The notes under the pieces are model-generated. The model worked only from the letters and a program-made list of their open reading frames with translations. It searched no databases and was not told the origin of the DNA. Positions 8,881 to 18,391 of a DNA stretch of 64,000 nucleotides are shown piece after piece. Within the stretch, counting starts at the first letter, position 1; each line of letters starts with the position of its first letter. The translations under genes and the position numbers were made by a program. The stretch spans positions 1 through 64,000 of the forward strand of contig JANPLN010000059.1 of the NCBI GenBank assembly GCA_031426555.1, given 5' to 3'. Origin of the DNA: Bdellovibrionales bacterium. Its GTDB lineage: Bacteria > Bdellovibrionota > Bdellovibrionia > Bdellovibrionales > JAGQZY01.

Positions 8881-9048
8881 AAATCTCCTCGTTCTAAATA
8901 AAGTTTATTTCCAAATTGCGAATGGAACATATATTTTTAACAAGTGAATGTCTTCAATAAGTTGATTTAAAACTTATTGTTAAAAAAAATGCATCTAACT
9001 TGACGTAACCTGTACAAAATCAAATCTTGTTAACAAAGGCTCCGAAAA

Positions 9049-9124
<76 letters not shown>

Positions 9125-9199
9125 ATCGGAAATAAAGAGACAATATAGCTACAAAAACCGCACTCTTAAGTCAAGGGTGCGGCCTCACTTTGACGGAAC

Positions 9200-10357
9200 T
9201 TATTTCAAAGCTTGTTCAAGATCCCAAAGGAGATCTTGCAGGTCTTCGATTCCCACACTCAGGCGAACCAAATTATCGGAAATTCCAAGGGCTTTACGAT
9301 TTTCAACGGGCACACTGGCATGTGTCATAATCGCAGGGTGCTCAATCAGCGATTCCACTCCGCCCAAGCTTTCTGCCAGCGCAAAAATTTTCACTTTTTC
9401 CAAAAACTCTCGCGATTCTTTCATCCCGCCTTTGATGTAAAAAGTGATCATCCCACCAAAGCCCGACATTTGTTCTTTTGCCAGAGCATGTTGAGGGTGG
9501 CTAATTAAACCTGGGTAAATCACTTTTTCAACGCGGCTGTGGCCTTCCAAAAATGTGGCGACAGCCTTCGCGTTGGTTTCGTGGGTGCGCATGCGAACGG
9601 GCAAAGTTTTTAAACTGCGCATACAAAGAAAAGCATCAAAGGTGGATTGAATTCCACCCATGGAGTTGCTTAAAAAAGCAATTCGCTCTGCCAGATCCTG
9701 ACGGTTGGTCACCAATGCGCCACCCACCACATCGCTGTGGCCGTTGATATATTTGGTGGTCGAGTGAACAACCACATCGGCTCCCAACTCGAGGGGACGT
9801 TGAAAGTAAGGACTCATAAACGTGTTATCGACAACGGAAATGATATTTTTTTTCTGAGCCAAGGCGCAGTGTTTGCGAATATCCACAAGTTTTAACATGG
9901 GATTTGTGGGAGTCTCGATCCAAATGAGTTTTGTGTTCGGCTTGATGGCCTTTTCGAAGTTTTCAGGATTCGTGAGATCGACAAAAGAAAAATCGATGCC
10001 GTTGTGGCGCAAAACTTTATCAAAAAGTCGAAACGTACCACCGTACATATCATCGCAGGCCACAACGTGGTCGCCAGCTTTTAAAACATGCATCACAGTG
10101 GTGGTGGCTGCACAGCCCGAAGCAAAAGCAAAACCGTACTTGCCAGATTCCAAACTCGCCAAGCAATCTTCGTAGGCCTTGCGCGTGGGGTTGCCTGTGC
10201 GGCTATACTCGTAACCCTTGTGAACACCTGGAGACTCTTGCACGTAAGTCGAAGTCAAATAAACCGGCGTCATAATTGCACCGGTGGTGTGATCGTGATT
10301 TTGTCCCGCATGGATAGCGCGAGTGGCGAATTCTACTTTGCGATCGATATTTTTCAT
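9200..10357 (-). CDS. Cystathionine gamma-lyase/gamma-synthase (Cys/Met metabolism PLP enzyme)
   Basis: YSRTGNPT, DNTF, HSTTKYINGHSD (PLP Lys), AESLGGVESL. Confidence 0.93.
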   Translation of the reverse strand: MKNIDRKVEFATRAIHAGQNHDHTTGAIMTPVYLTSTYVQESPGVHKGYEYSRTGNPTRKAYEDCLASLESGKYGFAFASGCAATTTVMHVLKAGDHVVACDDMYGGTFRLFDKVLRHNGIDFSFVDLTNPENFEKAIKPNTKLIWIETPTNPMLKLVDIRKHCALAQKKNIISVVDNTFMSPYFQRPLELGADVVVHSTTKYINGHSDVVGGALVTNRQDLAERIAFLSNSMGGIQSTFDAFLCMRSLKTLPVRMRTHETNAKAVATFLEGHSRVEKVIYPGLISHPQHALAKEQMSGFGGMITFYIKGGMKESREFLEKVKIFALAESLGGVESLIEHPAIMTHASVPVENRKALGISDNLVRLSVGIEDLQDLLWDLEQALK

Positions 10358-10367
10358 AGGTCCTCTG

Positions 10368-11741
10368 TTAATTCAAAAAATGGCTCATGTAATCAAGCAG
10401 GTCAATTTTTGTAATCAAACGGGTTTTTTGCGATGGATCTTTTACCAACGCAATAAAACCTTTTTGGAAATGCGTCGAAAGATGTTCGAGATTGTCTTCC
10501 AGATCCACCCAAATAATGTTTCCCTTGATCAAATGAATGATGGGCTCGGTGGGCTTTAGCTTTCCGGTGGCGAGAGGAAAGATTAAATCCGACTCGTCGA
10601 GAATCCCCACAATTTGCCCGTCAGAATAGACGGGAACTTGTGAAATATTATTGTCCTTTAGCAAACTCACAACTTCCATCACGGTTTGTCCAACTTTGAC
10701 CGAGATTAAATCAGGTTGAGTCATCTTGCCGAGCATATCGCGCACGGAGTTTGTGCGCATCGGTGACGGCAAAAAGTCGTTGTCCTTCATCCAATCATCG
10801 TTAAAGGCTTTGCTCATATAAGCACGCCCGCTATCTGGCATCATTACTAAGAATGTCATCGGTGTTGTAAACTTTTCGGAATATTTAATGGCTCCGGCGA
10901 GTGCCAAGGCACAAGACGGGCCCACGCAAATTCCTTCCTTGGCGACAATTTCACGAACCATGGTGAAGGATTCTTTGTCGGAAACCTGCACAAAGTCATC
11001 GATGATATTTAAATGAACATTATCGGGGAGCATGTCCTCGCCAACACCCTCTACTTTGTAAGGCGCGGCAGGAGTTTTGGCTTCTTTGAAATAAAAAAGA
11101 TCGTACAGAATACTTCCAATAGGATCGGGGCAAAGAATTTTTATTTTTGGATTTTTTTCTTTGAGGTAGCGTCCCACACCCGAAATAGTGCCGCCAGTTC
11201 CTGCGCCCGCGACAAACACATCAAACTTGCCATCGGTTTGTTCCCAGATTTCCGGGCCTGTGGTTTCGTAGTGCTGACGGGTATTGTCGGGATTGTGATA
11301 TTGGTTTGTAATAAAACTGTTCGGCGTGATTTCACCAAGTTTTTTGGCAACATTTAAATAACTGCGAGGGTCGTCGTGATCCACTGCTGTTGGAGTGATG
11401 ACCACCTTGGCCCCGTACGCGCGTAGCACAGCTCGTTTTTCTTCGCTGATTTTGTCGGGCATCACAAAAATAGCTTTGTAACCTTTTACCGCAGCTACAA
11501 GCGCAAGACCCATCCCGGTGTTTCCCGAAGTGGCTTCGATGATCGTGCCTCCGGGTTTAAGTTCCCCACGTTTTTCGGCACCTTCAACTAAAGCCAGCGC
11601 AATGCGATCTTTCACGCTCAAGCCGGGATTAAAATACTCAAGTTTCGCAAGAAACGTGTGCGGACTTCCTTTCGGAATGACTTTATTCAGTTTAACGATA
11701 GGGGTGTTGCCAATGGTTTCGAGAATTGAATTGTAAATCAT
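10368..11741 (-). CDS. cbs: Cystathionine beta-synthase with C-terminal CBS domains
   Basis: NPGLSVKDR, EATSGNTG, GTGGT, then CBS-pair region (ISQVPV..GILDESD). Confidence 0.9.
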   Translation of the reverse strand: MIYNSILETIGNTPIVKLNKVIPKGSPHTFLAKLEYFNPGLSVKDRIALALVEGAEKRGELKPGGTIIEATSGNTGMGLALVAAVKGYKAIFVMPDKISEEKRAVLRAYGAKVVITPTAVDHDDPRSYLNVAKKLGEITPNSFITNQYHNPDNTRQHYETTGPEIWEQTDGKFDVFVAGAGTGGTISGVGRYLKEKNPKIKILCPDPIGSILYDLFYFKEAKTPAAPYKVEGVGEDMLPDNVHLNIIDDFVQVSDKESFTMVREIVAKEGICVGPSCALALAGAIKYSEKFTTPMTFLVMMPDSGRAYMSKAFNDDWMKDNDFLPSPMRTNSVRDMLGKMTQPDLISVKVGQTVMEVVSLLKDNNISQVPVYSDGQIVGILDESDLIFPLATGKLKPTEPIIHLIKGNIIWVDLEDNLEHLSTHFQKGFIALVKDPSQKTRLITKIDLLDYMSHFLN

Positions 11742-11752
11742 TCGTTGTCCTT

Positions 11753-11947
11753 TTAAAGGTCCTGATTGATTTCAGGGCGGGGGTTGAAGGCGAGCACCTC
11801 TGTAAGTCGGTCCACCTTTTCCGCAGTGTATTGCATACCGAGCTTGTGCATCAATTCCTTAACTAATTTTTCATCGCTTGTCTCTTTTAAAAGCTCGTCG
11901 ACAAGCCGCTTATAGGTGGAAAGAGTTTGGTTTTTTTGCTTCGACAT
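11753..11947 (-). CDS. Small hypothetical protein
   Basis: 64-aa ORF with GGGGG RBS, in operon orientation ahead of cbs. Confidence 0.6.
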   Translation of the reverse strand: MSKQKNQTLSTYKRLVDELLKETSDEKLVKELMHKLGMQYTAEKVDRLTEVLAFNPRPEINQDL

Positions 11948-12017
11948 TGGCCCCCCAGGTTGGGAGCACGATAAAAGAGGATGGGGCAGGATTCAAAGGG
12001 CAATGCAGCAACTGGTG

Positions 12018-12587
12018 TTACTGCGTGATGATCTCAACGGCAGTGATTTTGACTGGCGATTTGGGCTTCATCATCGTGTCGGTTGGCACCCGGGAGATTT
12101 TTTCCACAACGTCCATGCCGGATTCCACTTCAGCAAAGATGGTGTATTTCTTGTTGAGGCGTTCATCGGCGGCTGTCGTAATAAAAAACTGACTGCCGAA
12201 GCGATTGTCTTTGGGAGAGAGCTTGGACATAGCGACAAGACCGGGTCGGTCAAAGGTGGACTCGTCGACGTTTTCATCAAAAATATAGTACCCTGGCCAG
12301 CCTCGGCCCGTTCCCCATTGGCAGCCCATGTAAATTCCAAGCTTAGGAGTTACGCGATGAACAATTTGCCCATTGTAAAACGGGCGCATGGCTTTCTTGC
12401 CTTCTGTATCCACAAAGCGCTGCTCGCCCTTGGCAAGCTTTACAAAATTATCCACGGTTTTTGGCGTCTTTTTTGGAAGGAAACGGATTTTAATAGTTCC
12501 AAAACTGGTCACAATTCGCGCATGAGTCTGGGCCTGTGCAACAGTGTGCAGCGACATTAAAAAGAAAACGCACAGAAATAATCTCAT
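12018..12587 (-). CDS. Cyclophilin-type peptidyl-prolyl isomerase, exported
   Basis: TPKTVDNF, FYNG..HRV, GSQFFIT, YTIFAEV..GMDVV. Confidence 0.9.
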   Translation of the reverse strand: MRLFLCVFFLMSLHTVAQAQTHARIVTSFGTIKIRFLPKKTPKTVDNFVKLAKGEQRFVDTEGKKAMRPFYNGQIVHRVTPKLGIYMGCQWGTGRGWPGYYIFDENVDESTFDRPGLVAMSKLSPKDNRFGSQFFITTAADERLNKKYTIFAEVESGMDVVEKISRVPTDTMMKPKSPVKITAVEIITQ

Positions 12588-15019
12588 TCTTCTATTTTAA
12601 GTTGGGCCCGCAAAGGGTCAAGCTTATTCAAAAGAGATTTCTGCGCTAATAGCAGGTCCTTCAGTGTTTGCAGCAAGACTTTAGGACTGGTTTGCAGGAC
12701 CGAGGAAATCTTGTCGATCTCGTGGGAGTCCACTTCGATGCGTGGTTTTGCCGATTGCGAGATTAAAATAAGTAATTGCTGATGGGACCGCAGGCTGACG
12801 TAATTCATCTCGATCTGTGCGCAAAGCTCTGCGGGTTGATGATCTTGCAAAGCCTGGCAAAGTCCGTGCACATTGGGGGTCGTCGGAAAGACACCCTCAT
12901 CCAGAGCAGCCAGTTGCAGGGTGAGTTCGGTATGCAAGAGTCCACCATGATTCTTTTTTAAGTCTAACGATGTTGGAGAGTCGATAAGAAGTTTATTTTG
13001 GATGTCCCTGAGCTGTAGCTTGTCCTGACTTGAAAGAGGGCGGGGGGAAAAGAGCGGGACGGGGGGTGTACTTGGCAGAAAGCGATGACATAAATAGGCT
13101 TGGCGCTCCCAGGCTTCTGCCTTTTCGTTCAGATAATTTTTAAGGTCGTCCACCGATAACAGAAGGGGTCCGGCACTGCCGCTGGGGCGCAGGCGTAAAT
13201 CGATATGGTATAAAGTTTGACCACTATGGGGCGAATTTAAAAAATGAATAAAGCGCCGTGCCGCTTTAAAGTGCGCTTCGGTGAGTTCTTCATTGGTGAT
13301 AAAAATAAAATCAAGATCGGAAGTGAGCCCCATTTCTCCCGAAGCCCACTTGCCAAGGGCCAGAACCTGAACTTTCACCTTAAACTTTTCGCATAAAATG
13401 TTTAATAAAGTCTCAACAATGGTGTCTGCCGTTTTTGATAAATGGGCGGTGAGCTGTTGCGAATCGCGGTGTTTTAAAAAACGCGACGAATGGATCAGAT
13501 CGGAGAGTAATTTATAATCTTGCGCAGAGTTGTAAAACTGATCTTCATCATCGGCGTCGAGTGAAACATTTTTGAGCAAAAAACTATCCACAAGCTCCGG
13601 GCGGTGAATCAAAATTTGCGACAAAAAGGGAGAGCAGGAAAAAATCCAAAGCATTTCTTCGAGGAGCGTTGGGTTTTGATTAAATAGTGTAAAAAAACTG
13701 GTCTTTGCTTTGATCGCTAAAAGAAATTGTTGCAGATGTTTGAGTGTCAGGGCCGGATCGACGGCGAGAGTTTTTAACTGCAACAAAATATTTTTAAAAA
13801 AAAGCTGACGTTCGTGTTCATCTCGCAATTTAGATCTTGATTGAATTTTCGTTTGTACTAACTCTGACCAGGCCCGCAGAGAGTCTTCATTCAAATTTAG
13901 AGCTTTAAAATCGGCATCTAGGTTTTCAATATTTGTTTGCGGCTGGCGGTAAGGCTTTAAAAATTGGTCAACGATGGTGGCAATCCGATCGGCACGAATC
14001 AAGAACTCCTTCTTTAGTTCGGCATTTACTAACTGAGAAGGAGCCAAATCGTAAGTGTGTTGATCATTTTCGGCATGCAAAAGATTTTCGATTTCCCGGA
14101 AAAACCAATAGCTTTCCCTCAGGGTCTCGCAGTCCGTAGCGTCGAGATGTTTGGCGGTGGCCAATTCATTTAATGTCACCGTCATCGAACCCGAAATCAG
14201 CGACTTATTCTTACCGCCGTGGATGAGTTGTAGCGCGTGCACAAGGAGTTCAAGATCGCGAATGCCCCCTTTACGAAATTTGAGGTTGAGCTCGCTGGTA
14301 TTAAATTTGTGGTGTTGAATTTTTTTTCGCATGCCATAGAGATCATGAAAGAGAGTGAGATCGATGTGTTTGCGAAACGCATATTTTTGGCAGAAAGAAA
14401 GAATCTTTTCTTTCAGTGGCGTGGGTCCAAGGGGTATGGACTGACGAATCAGTGCAACACGCTCCCAGGTTTCACCTTGATAGCCGTAATGATTGGTCAT
14501 CGTATCAAAACTGATAACAAGAGGACTCGATGATCCGCCGGGACGCAAATCGAGATCCACGCGATAACAAAAGCCCGAGGCGCGAACCTCGCTAACGTGG
14601 TTTAAAAAGCGGCGAACTTTTTTAAGCATTTCCTTTGGGGGATCTTCATCAGAGACAAAAAAAATATCTACATCCGAGCTCAAGTTGAGTTCGAAAGCGC
14701 CCAACTTTCCCATGGCGATGAGACAAATGTTTTCCTTATCGAGTCCATGCTCGACCCAAATCTGCGACAGGATCTGCACGGTGACCTCAGACCACTCTTT
14801 GCAAACATCCTCTGGCGACTTTGTTTTATGAAAGGTACAAAGTGCGGCGTTAACCCAGGCGGTGTGACGCCTCATTCGCACGGTGTCGGCGAATTTTAAA
14901 TTTTGAGCCTTCGTATGACTTTCGAGAATCCGAACATAACGATCAATTGCGGGCGAGGCATCACGCCCCGCTTGAATCTGTTGTGGCGTCCAATCCTTTA
15001 GCGTAGAAATGGAGACCAT
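12584..15019 (-). CDS. glnE: Glutamine synthetase adenylyltransferase/adenylyl-removing enzyme
   Basis: Two nucleotidyltransferase domains: MGKLG..ELN.SSDVD / RVDLDLRP and LGKW..EM..SDLD / IDLRLRPSG. Confidence 0.88.
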   Translation of the reverse strand: MVSISTLKDWTPQQIQAGRDASPAIDRYVRILESHTKAQNLKFADTVRMRRHTAWVNAALCTFHKTKSPEDVCKEWSEVTVQILSQIWVEHGLDKENICLIAMGKLGAFELNLSSDVDIFFVSDEDPPKEMLKKVRRFLNHVSEVRASGFCYRVDLDLRPGGSSSPLVISFDTMTNHYGYQGETWERVALIRQSIPLGPTPLKEKILSFCQKYAFRKHIDLTLFHDLYGMRKKIQHHKFNTSELNLKFRKGGIRDLELLVHALQLIHGGKNKSLISGSMTVTLNELATAKHLDATDCETLRESYWFFREIENLLHAENDQHTYDLAPSQLVNAELKKEFLIRADRIATIVDQFLKPYRQPQTNIENLDADFKALNLNEDSLRAWSELVQTKIQSRSKLRDEHERQLFFKNILLQLKTLAVDPALTLKHLQQFLLAIKAKTSFFTLFNQNPTLLEEMLWIFSCSPFLSQILIHRPELVDSFLLKNVSLDADDEDQFYNSAQDYKLLSDLIHSSRFLKHRDSQQLTAHLSKTADTIVETLLNILCEKFKVKVQVLALGKWASGEMGLTSDLDFIFITNEELTEAHFKAARRFIHFLNSPHSGQTLYHIDLRLRPSGSAGPLLLSVDDLKNYLNEKAEAWERQAYLCHRFLPSTPPVPLFSPRPLSSQDKLQLRDIQNKLLIDSPTSLDLKKNHGGLLHTELTLQLAALDEGVFPTTPNVHGLCQALQDHQPAELCAQIEMNYVSLRSHQQLLILISQSAKPRIEVDSHEIDKISSVLQTSPKVLLQTLKDLLLAQKSLLNKLDPLRAQLKIEE

Positions 15020-16386
15020 TGGGGCCGGTAGTAAGTGTGCTGATCAAAGGTGAGTCGATATTCATTTTTGCCATCCACACTGACCACGTAGAGTTGATAC
15101 TTTCCGGAGCGGTCGCTACGGAATAGAATAAAACGCCCATCGGGTGAAAACGAAGGGTCTTCGTTGTTCGCTCCGCGGCCACTGGATTTTTGTGCAGAAG
15201 TGAGCTTTTGCAAATTTTTGCCGTCGGCATCGACAATAAATATATCAAAATGTTTTTCGGTACCGCCGGCAAAAGCGATACGTTTTCCATCGGGCGACCA
15301 CGCGGGGCTTGCGTTGTAGTGACCTGCGTAGGTGAGGCGAGTTGTGGCACCGGAGTTGAGATCCAAAACATACACCATGGCTTTTCCACTGCGATCCGAC
15401 GAAAACGCCAAACGGTTGCCATCGGGACTGACGGCAGGCTCCACATTCATGGCGCCACGGGGGCCACTAGTGAGTTGTTTTTTGTCTTTGCCGCCCAGGG
15501 AGATGCGATACAGGTCGGAGGTTCCGCTATTGGGGCTAATTCGAACGACCGCGTTTTTTTGATCGGGCATAAAGCTGGCTGTAGAGTTCGTACCACGTTC
15601 GGAAGAAAGGATCATGCGCTGCTGTGTTTTGAGATCGAAAATAAATAGATCTAAATTTCGCATTTTAATTTTTGAATGGTAGTTGTACGCCGAGTAGGCA
15701 ATGTAACGTCCATCGCGAGACCACGAAGGTGAAACCGAAGCGTTGTTATGACGGGTCATCTGCTGGGTATTGGCGCCATCCCAATCCATGATAAAAATTT
15801 CTTTGGAAGGCGGCTTGGTCGATCGACTTGTCACAATTTTGGTTAAAAAGAAGGGCTTCTTACCGGTGAGTCTCTCTAAAAGATCATTGCAGAACATATG
15901 AGCCACCGAGCGCGTGTCGCGCAAAGGAGCCGAATAACTCTTAGCGATGACAAGCTCCATCCTGGGCACGTTGTAAACGTAACCATCAAAGGTGATGCGA
16001 TCGCCGACAATATTAAAACCGGTTTTGATTAAAAATTCCGTGTTGATCGACTTCCAAGCATCATATAAAAAGCCGTTGGCTTCCACCGGGTGTGGACGAA
16101 GTCCTTTTTCGTTGGATTCTAAAAACGATTTAGAATCTTGAACTTGAAAGTATGAAGAGACTGTTAAGTCTTTTTCTAAAACGTCCTGAAGTTCCTTTTC
16201 CTGCGCAAGATATTGTTTGGCTAAACTTGGGGTGCCCAGAAAGCGAATCTGGGGAATGGCGGCGTTGCTCTTTTTAACCTGCGCCAGGCCCACGTTCAGA
16301 TATGTTGTGCTTGGCTCTTGCGCGTGGGCAACCGTTGTCACTAGCGCAACCGAACACAATAGAAACCACAATTTACACATAATCAC
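14998..16386 (-). CDS. tolB: Tol-Pal beta-propeller protein TolB
   Basis: Repeated PD40 motifs (PSWSRDG, PAWSPDG, PSFSPDG); tolQRA context. Confidence 0.92.
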   Translation of the reverse strand: MIMCKLWFLLCSVALVTTVAHAQEPSTTYLNVGLAQVKKSNAAIPQIRFLGTPSLAKQYLAQEKELQDVLEKDLTVSSYFQVQDSKSFLESNEKGLRPHPVEANGFLYDAWKSINTEFLIKTGFNIVGDRITFDGYVYNVPRMELVIAKSYSAPLRDTRSVAHMFCNDLLERLTGKKPFFLTKIVTSRSTKPPSKEIFIMDWDGANTQQMTRHNNASVSPSWSRDGRYIAYSAYNYHSKIKMRNLDLFIFDLKTQQRMILSSERGTNSTASFMPDQKNAVVRISPNSGTSDLYRISLGGKDKKQLTSGPRGAMNVEPAVSPDGNRLAFSSDRSGKAMVYVLDLNSGATTRLTYAGHYNASPAWSPDGKRIAFAGGTEKHFDIFIVDADGKNLQKLTSAQKSSGRGANNEDPSFSPDGRFILFRSDRSGKYQLYVVSVDGKNEYRLTFDQHTYYRPQWSPFLR

Positions 16387-16389
16387 CTC

Positions 16390-17139
16390 TTACTCTGGAA
16401 ATCTTAACTCAATCCCCTGCGATTTAAAATAACTAATCAAGTTTTCTGGAGGAATGGGAAATGGAACCGAGTTCACGATAGCTTGCAGAGCCTCATTGTC
16501 GAAGTCTTTATTTCCCGACGAGCGGATTAATTTCTTTTCGAGAATTTGACCGTTTTCGTCAAAGCGTAAAAAAATCGCCGCCGTGAGGTTTTTGTCGGTG
16601 AGCCATTCAGGCAGATGCCAATTCTTTTTGATATGCAGATCAAGATCACTGAGATATCGGTTGTATTCGATCTTCTCAACCCCGGTAAGGGAGTTTCCTT
16701 CGCTCACGCTATTGCCCTTTACAGAAACGCCTTCGGGTTTGCTGGCATCGACCGCTTTGCTCTTTTTTATTCGCGAAAGGGCACTCAATCTTTGCAGGGC
16801 CGCACTCTGCTGATCCCTGAGATCGGATTTTTTCGGTTTGTCCGTAGGTTTTTCGCTCGGTTTTTCTGCCGGCTTGTCGGCAACTTTCACCGGCGGCTTG
16901 GGTTCTGGCTTTGCTTCTTTCACAGGCTCGGCTGGTTTTTCTGGAGCAGGCTTTTCCTCACCAGGCGGCCCAAGTTGCGGGTCTACGTCGGGAAGTGCCA
17001 CAAAATCCACGCGCACCGCGCGGATGTGTTCCACCCGCTCCGTGGGAAACAATACGATTTTTACAGCCATCACGAGAAAAAGCGAAAGATGCAGGGCTAA
17101 CGAGATTAAGAAATATTTGAAGTCCGAATTATCTTTCAT
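16390..17139 (-). CDS. tolA: TolA/TonB-family protein
   Basis: N-terminal TM with SxxxH, Pro/Lys/Glu linker, C-terminal SSGN..FD..A..AI domain. Confidence 0.82.
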   Translation of the reverse strand: MKDNSDFKYFLISLALHLSLFLVMAVKIVLFPTERVEHIRAVRVDFVALPDVDPQLGPPGEEKPAPEKPAEPVKEAKPEPKPPVKVADKPAEKPSEKPTDKPKKSDLRDQQSAALQRLSALSRIKKSKAVDASKPEGVSVKGNSVSEGNSLTGVEKIEYNRYLSDLDLHIKKNWHLPEWLTDKNLTAAIFLRFDENGQILEKKLIRSSGNKDFDNEALQAIVNSVPFPIPPENLISYFKSQGIELRFPE

Positions 17140-17172
17140 TGTACTGGCTCATTATTTGGCTCATTTTTTGGC

Positions 17173-17583
17173 TTATTTGGGAAGAGTGACCAAGCCCACG
17201 TTTTCGATTCCAGCGGCTTTCACTTCAGCAATCACTTCGGCGACCAATCCATAATCTACACTTTTATCGGCTTTGATATAAACTTGCTTCTGTTTTTGAG
17301 TTTTAAAATGGGCTTTCAACTTCGTATTTAAGTTTGTGCTCGCCACAGCTGTGGAGCCCCAAAAGATTTTTTTATTTGCTTTGATGGTTAAAATTAATGG
17401 CTCTGATTTGGTTTCAATGCCCGCAGTGGCAGTGCGTGGAAGCTGAATATCTATCCCTTGTTGCATCATCGGTGCTGTGATCATAAAAACGACTAAAAGA
17501 ACAAGCATCACGTCCACAAGTGGAGTGACGTTGATTTCGCTCAAAACCATTCGCGATGAGTTTTTTTGTGGTGCTATTGCCAC
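17173..17583 (-). CDS. tolR: TolR/ExbD
   Basis: EINVTPLVDVMLVLLVVFMITAP. Confidence 0.92.
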   Translation of the reverse strand: MAIAPQKNSSRMVLSEINVTPLVDVMLVLLVVFMITAPMMQQGIDIQLPRTATAGIETKSEPLILTIKANKKIFWGSTAVASTNLNTKLKAHFKTQKQKQVYIKADKSVDYGLVAEVIAEVKAAGIENVGLVTLPK

Positions 17584-17585
17584 GA

Positions 17586-18308
17586 CTAGGCTCCTTTAAA
17601 AAAATTGCGACGGGCAATGTTTAAAAAATCGGAGCTAAAACCATTGAGCTGATTTTCGAGGCGCTTGATTTTGTTGATAAGGTAATTATAAAAAATCACG
17701 GCAGGAATCGCAGCAAACAGCCCCATGGCTGTTGCAAAGAGAGCTTCAGAAATTCCCGGTGCCACCACGGCTAAACTTGCAGAGCCAGACTGGGCAATAT
17801 CCTGAAACGAATTCATAATTCCGATAACAGTTCCTAAAAGACCAATAAACGGCGCCGTGCTCCCAGTGGTGGCGAGAATGCTCAACTGGCTTTCTAAAAT
17901 AGCGACCTCTTCGTCGTTGGCTTTGCGCAGAGTGCGCTCGAGGTTTTCCATTCCAGTCATCATGGCACCCGAGGCCTGCTGAGTGCTGATCACGCGCTCG
18001 ATCTCCTGGTAGCCTGATTCAAAAACTTTGGCGAGAGGGCTTTCGATATGCGGTTCTAGTTGCGAATTGATTTGCTGCAGATTGGGAGCTTTCCAAAAAA
18101 CATCCAGGAAGGCATCGTTTTTTTGCGAGATTTTCGCGAACTGGTTTTTCTTTTTAAAAATAATCAACCAGTTCCACACAGAAAGACCAATCATGGAAAG
18201 CAGAAGCAGTTGCACAACAATGCCTGCGTTGGCAATTCCGTGAAGCAAATGGTTCGTGGTGGGTGTGGTGTCGACGATGGGAGCGGCAAAGGCAGAATGA
18301 ATAATCAT
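17586..18308 (-). CDS. tolQ: TolQ/ExbB
   Basis: PFIGLLGTVIGIM, APGISEALFATAMGL. Confidence 0.92.
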   Translation of the reverse strand: MIIHSAFAAPIVDTTPTTNHLLHGIANAGIVVQLLLLSMIGLSVWNWLIIFKKKNQFAKISQKNDAFLDVFWKAPNLQQINSQLEPHIESPLAKVFESGYQEIERVISTQQASGAMMTGMENLERTLRKANDEEVAILESQLSILATTGSTAPFIGLLGTVIGIMNSFQDIAQSGSASLAVVAPGISEALFATAMGLFAAIPAVIFYNYLINKIKRLENQLNGFSSDFLNIARRNFFKGA

Positions 18309-18391
18309 GCTTTAAGGGTAAACGCTTCTTGCGTCCAGCGCGAGTCGCGGCGCATGATCGCCGCGAATTAAAAAAGTGATCGAAAAATGAG

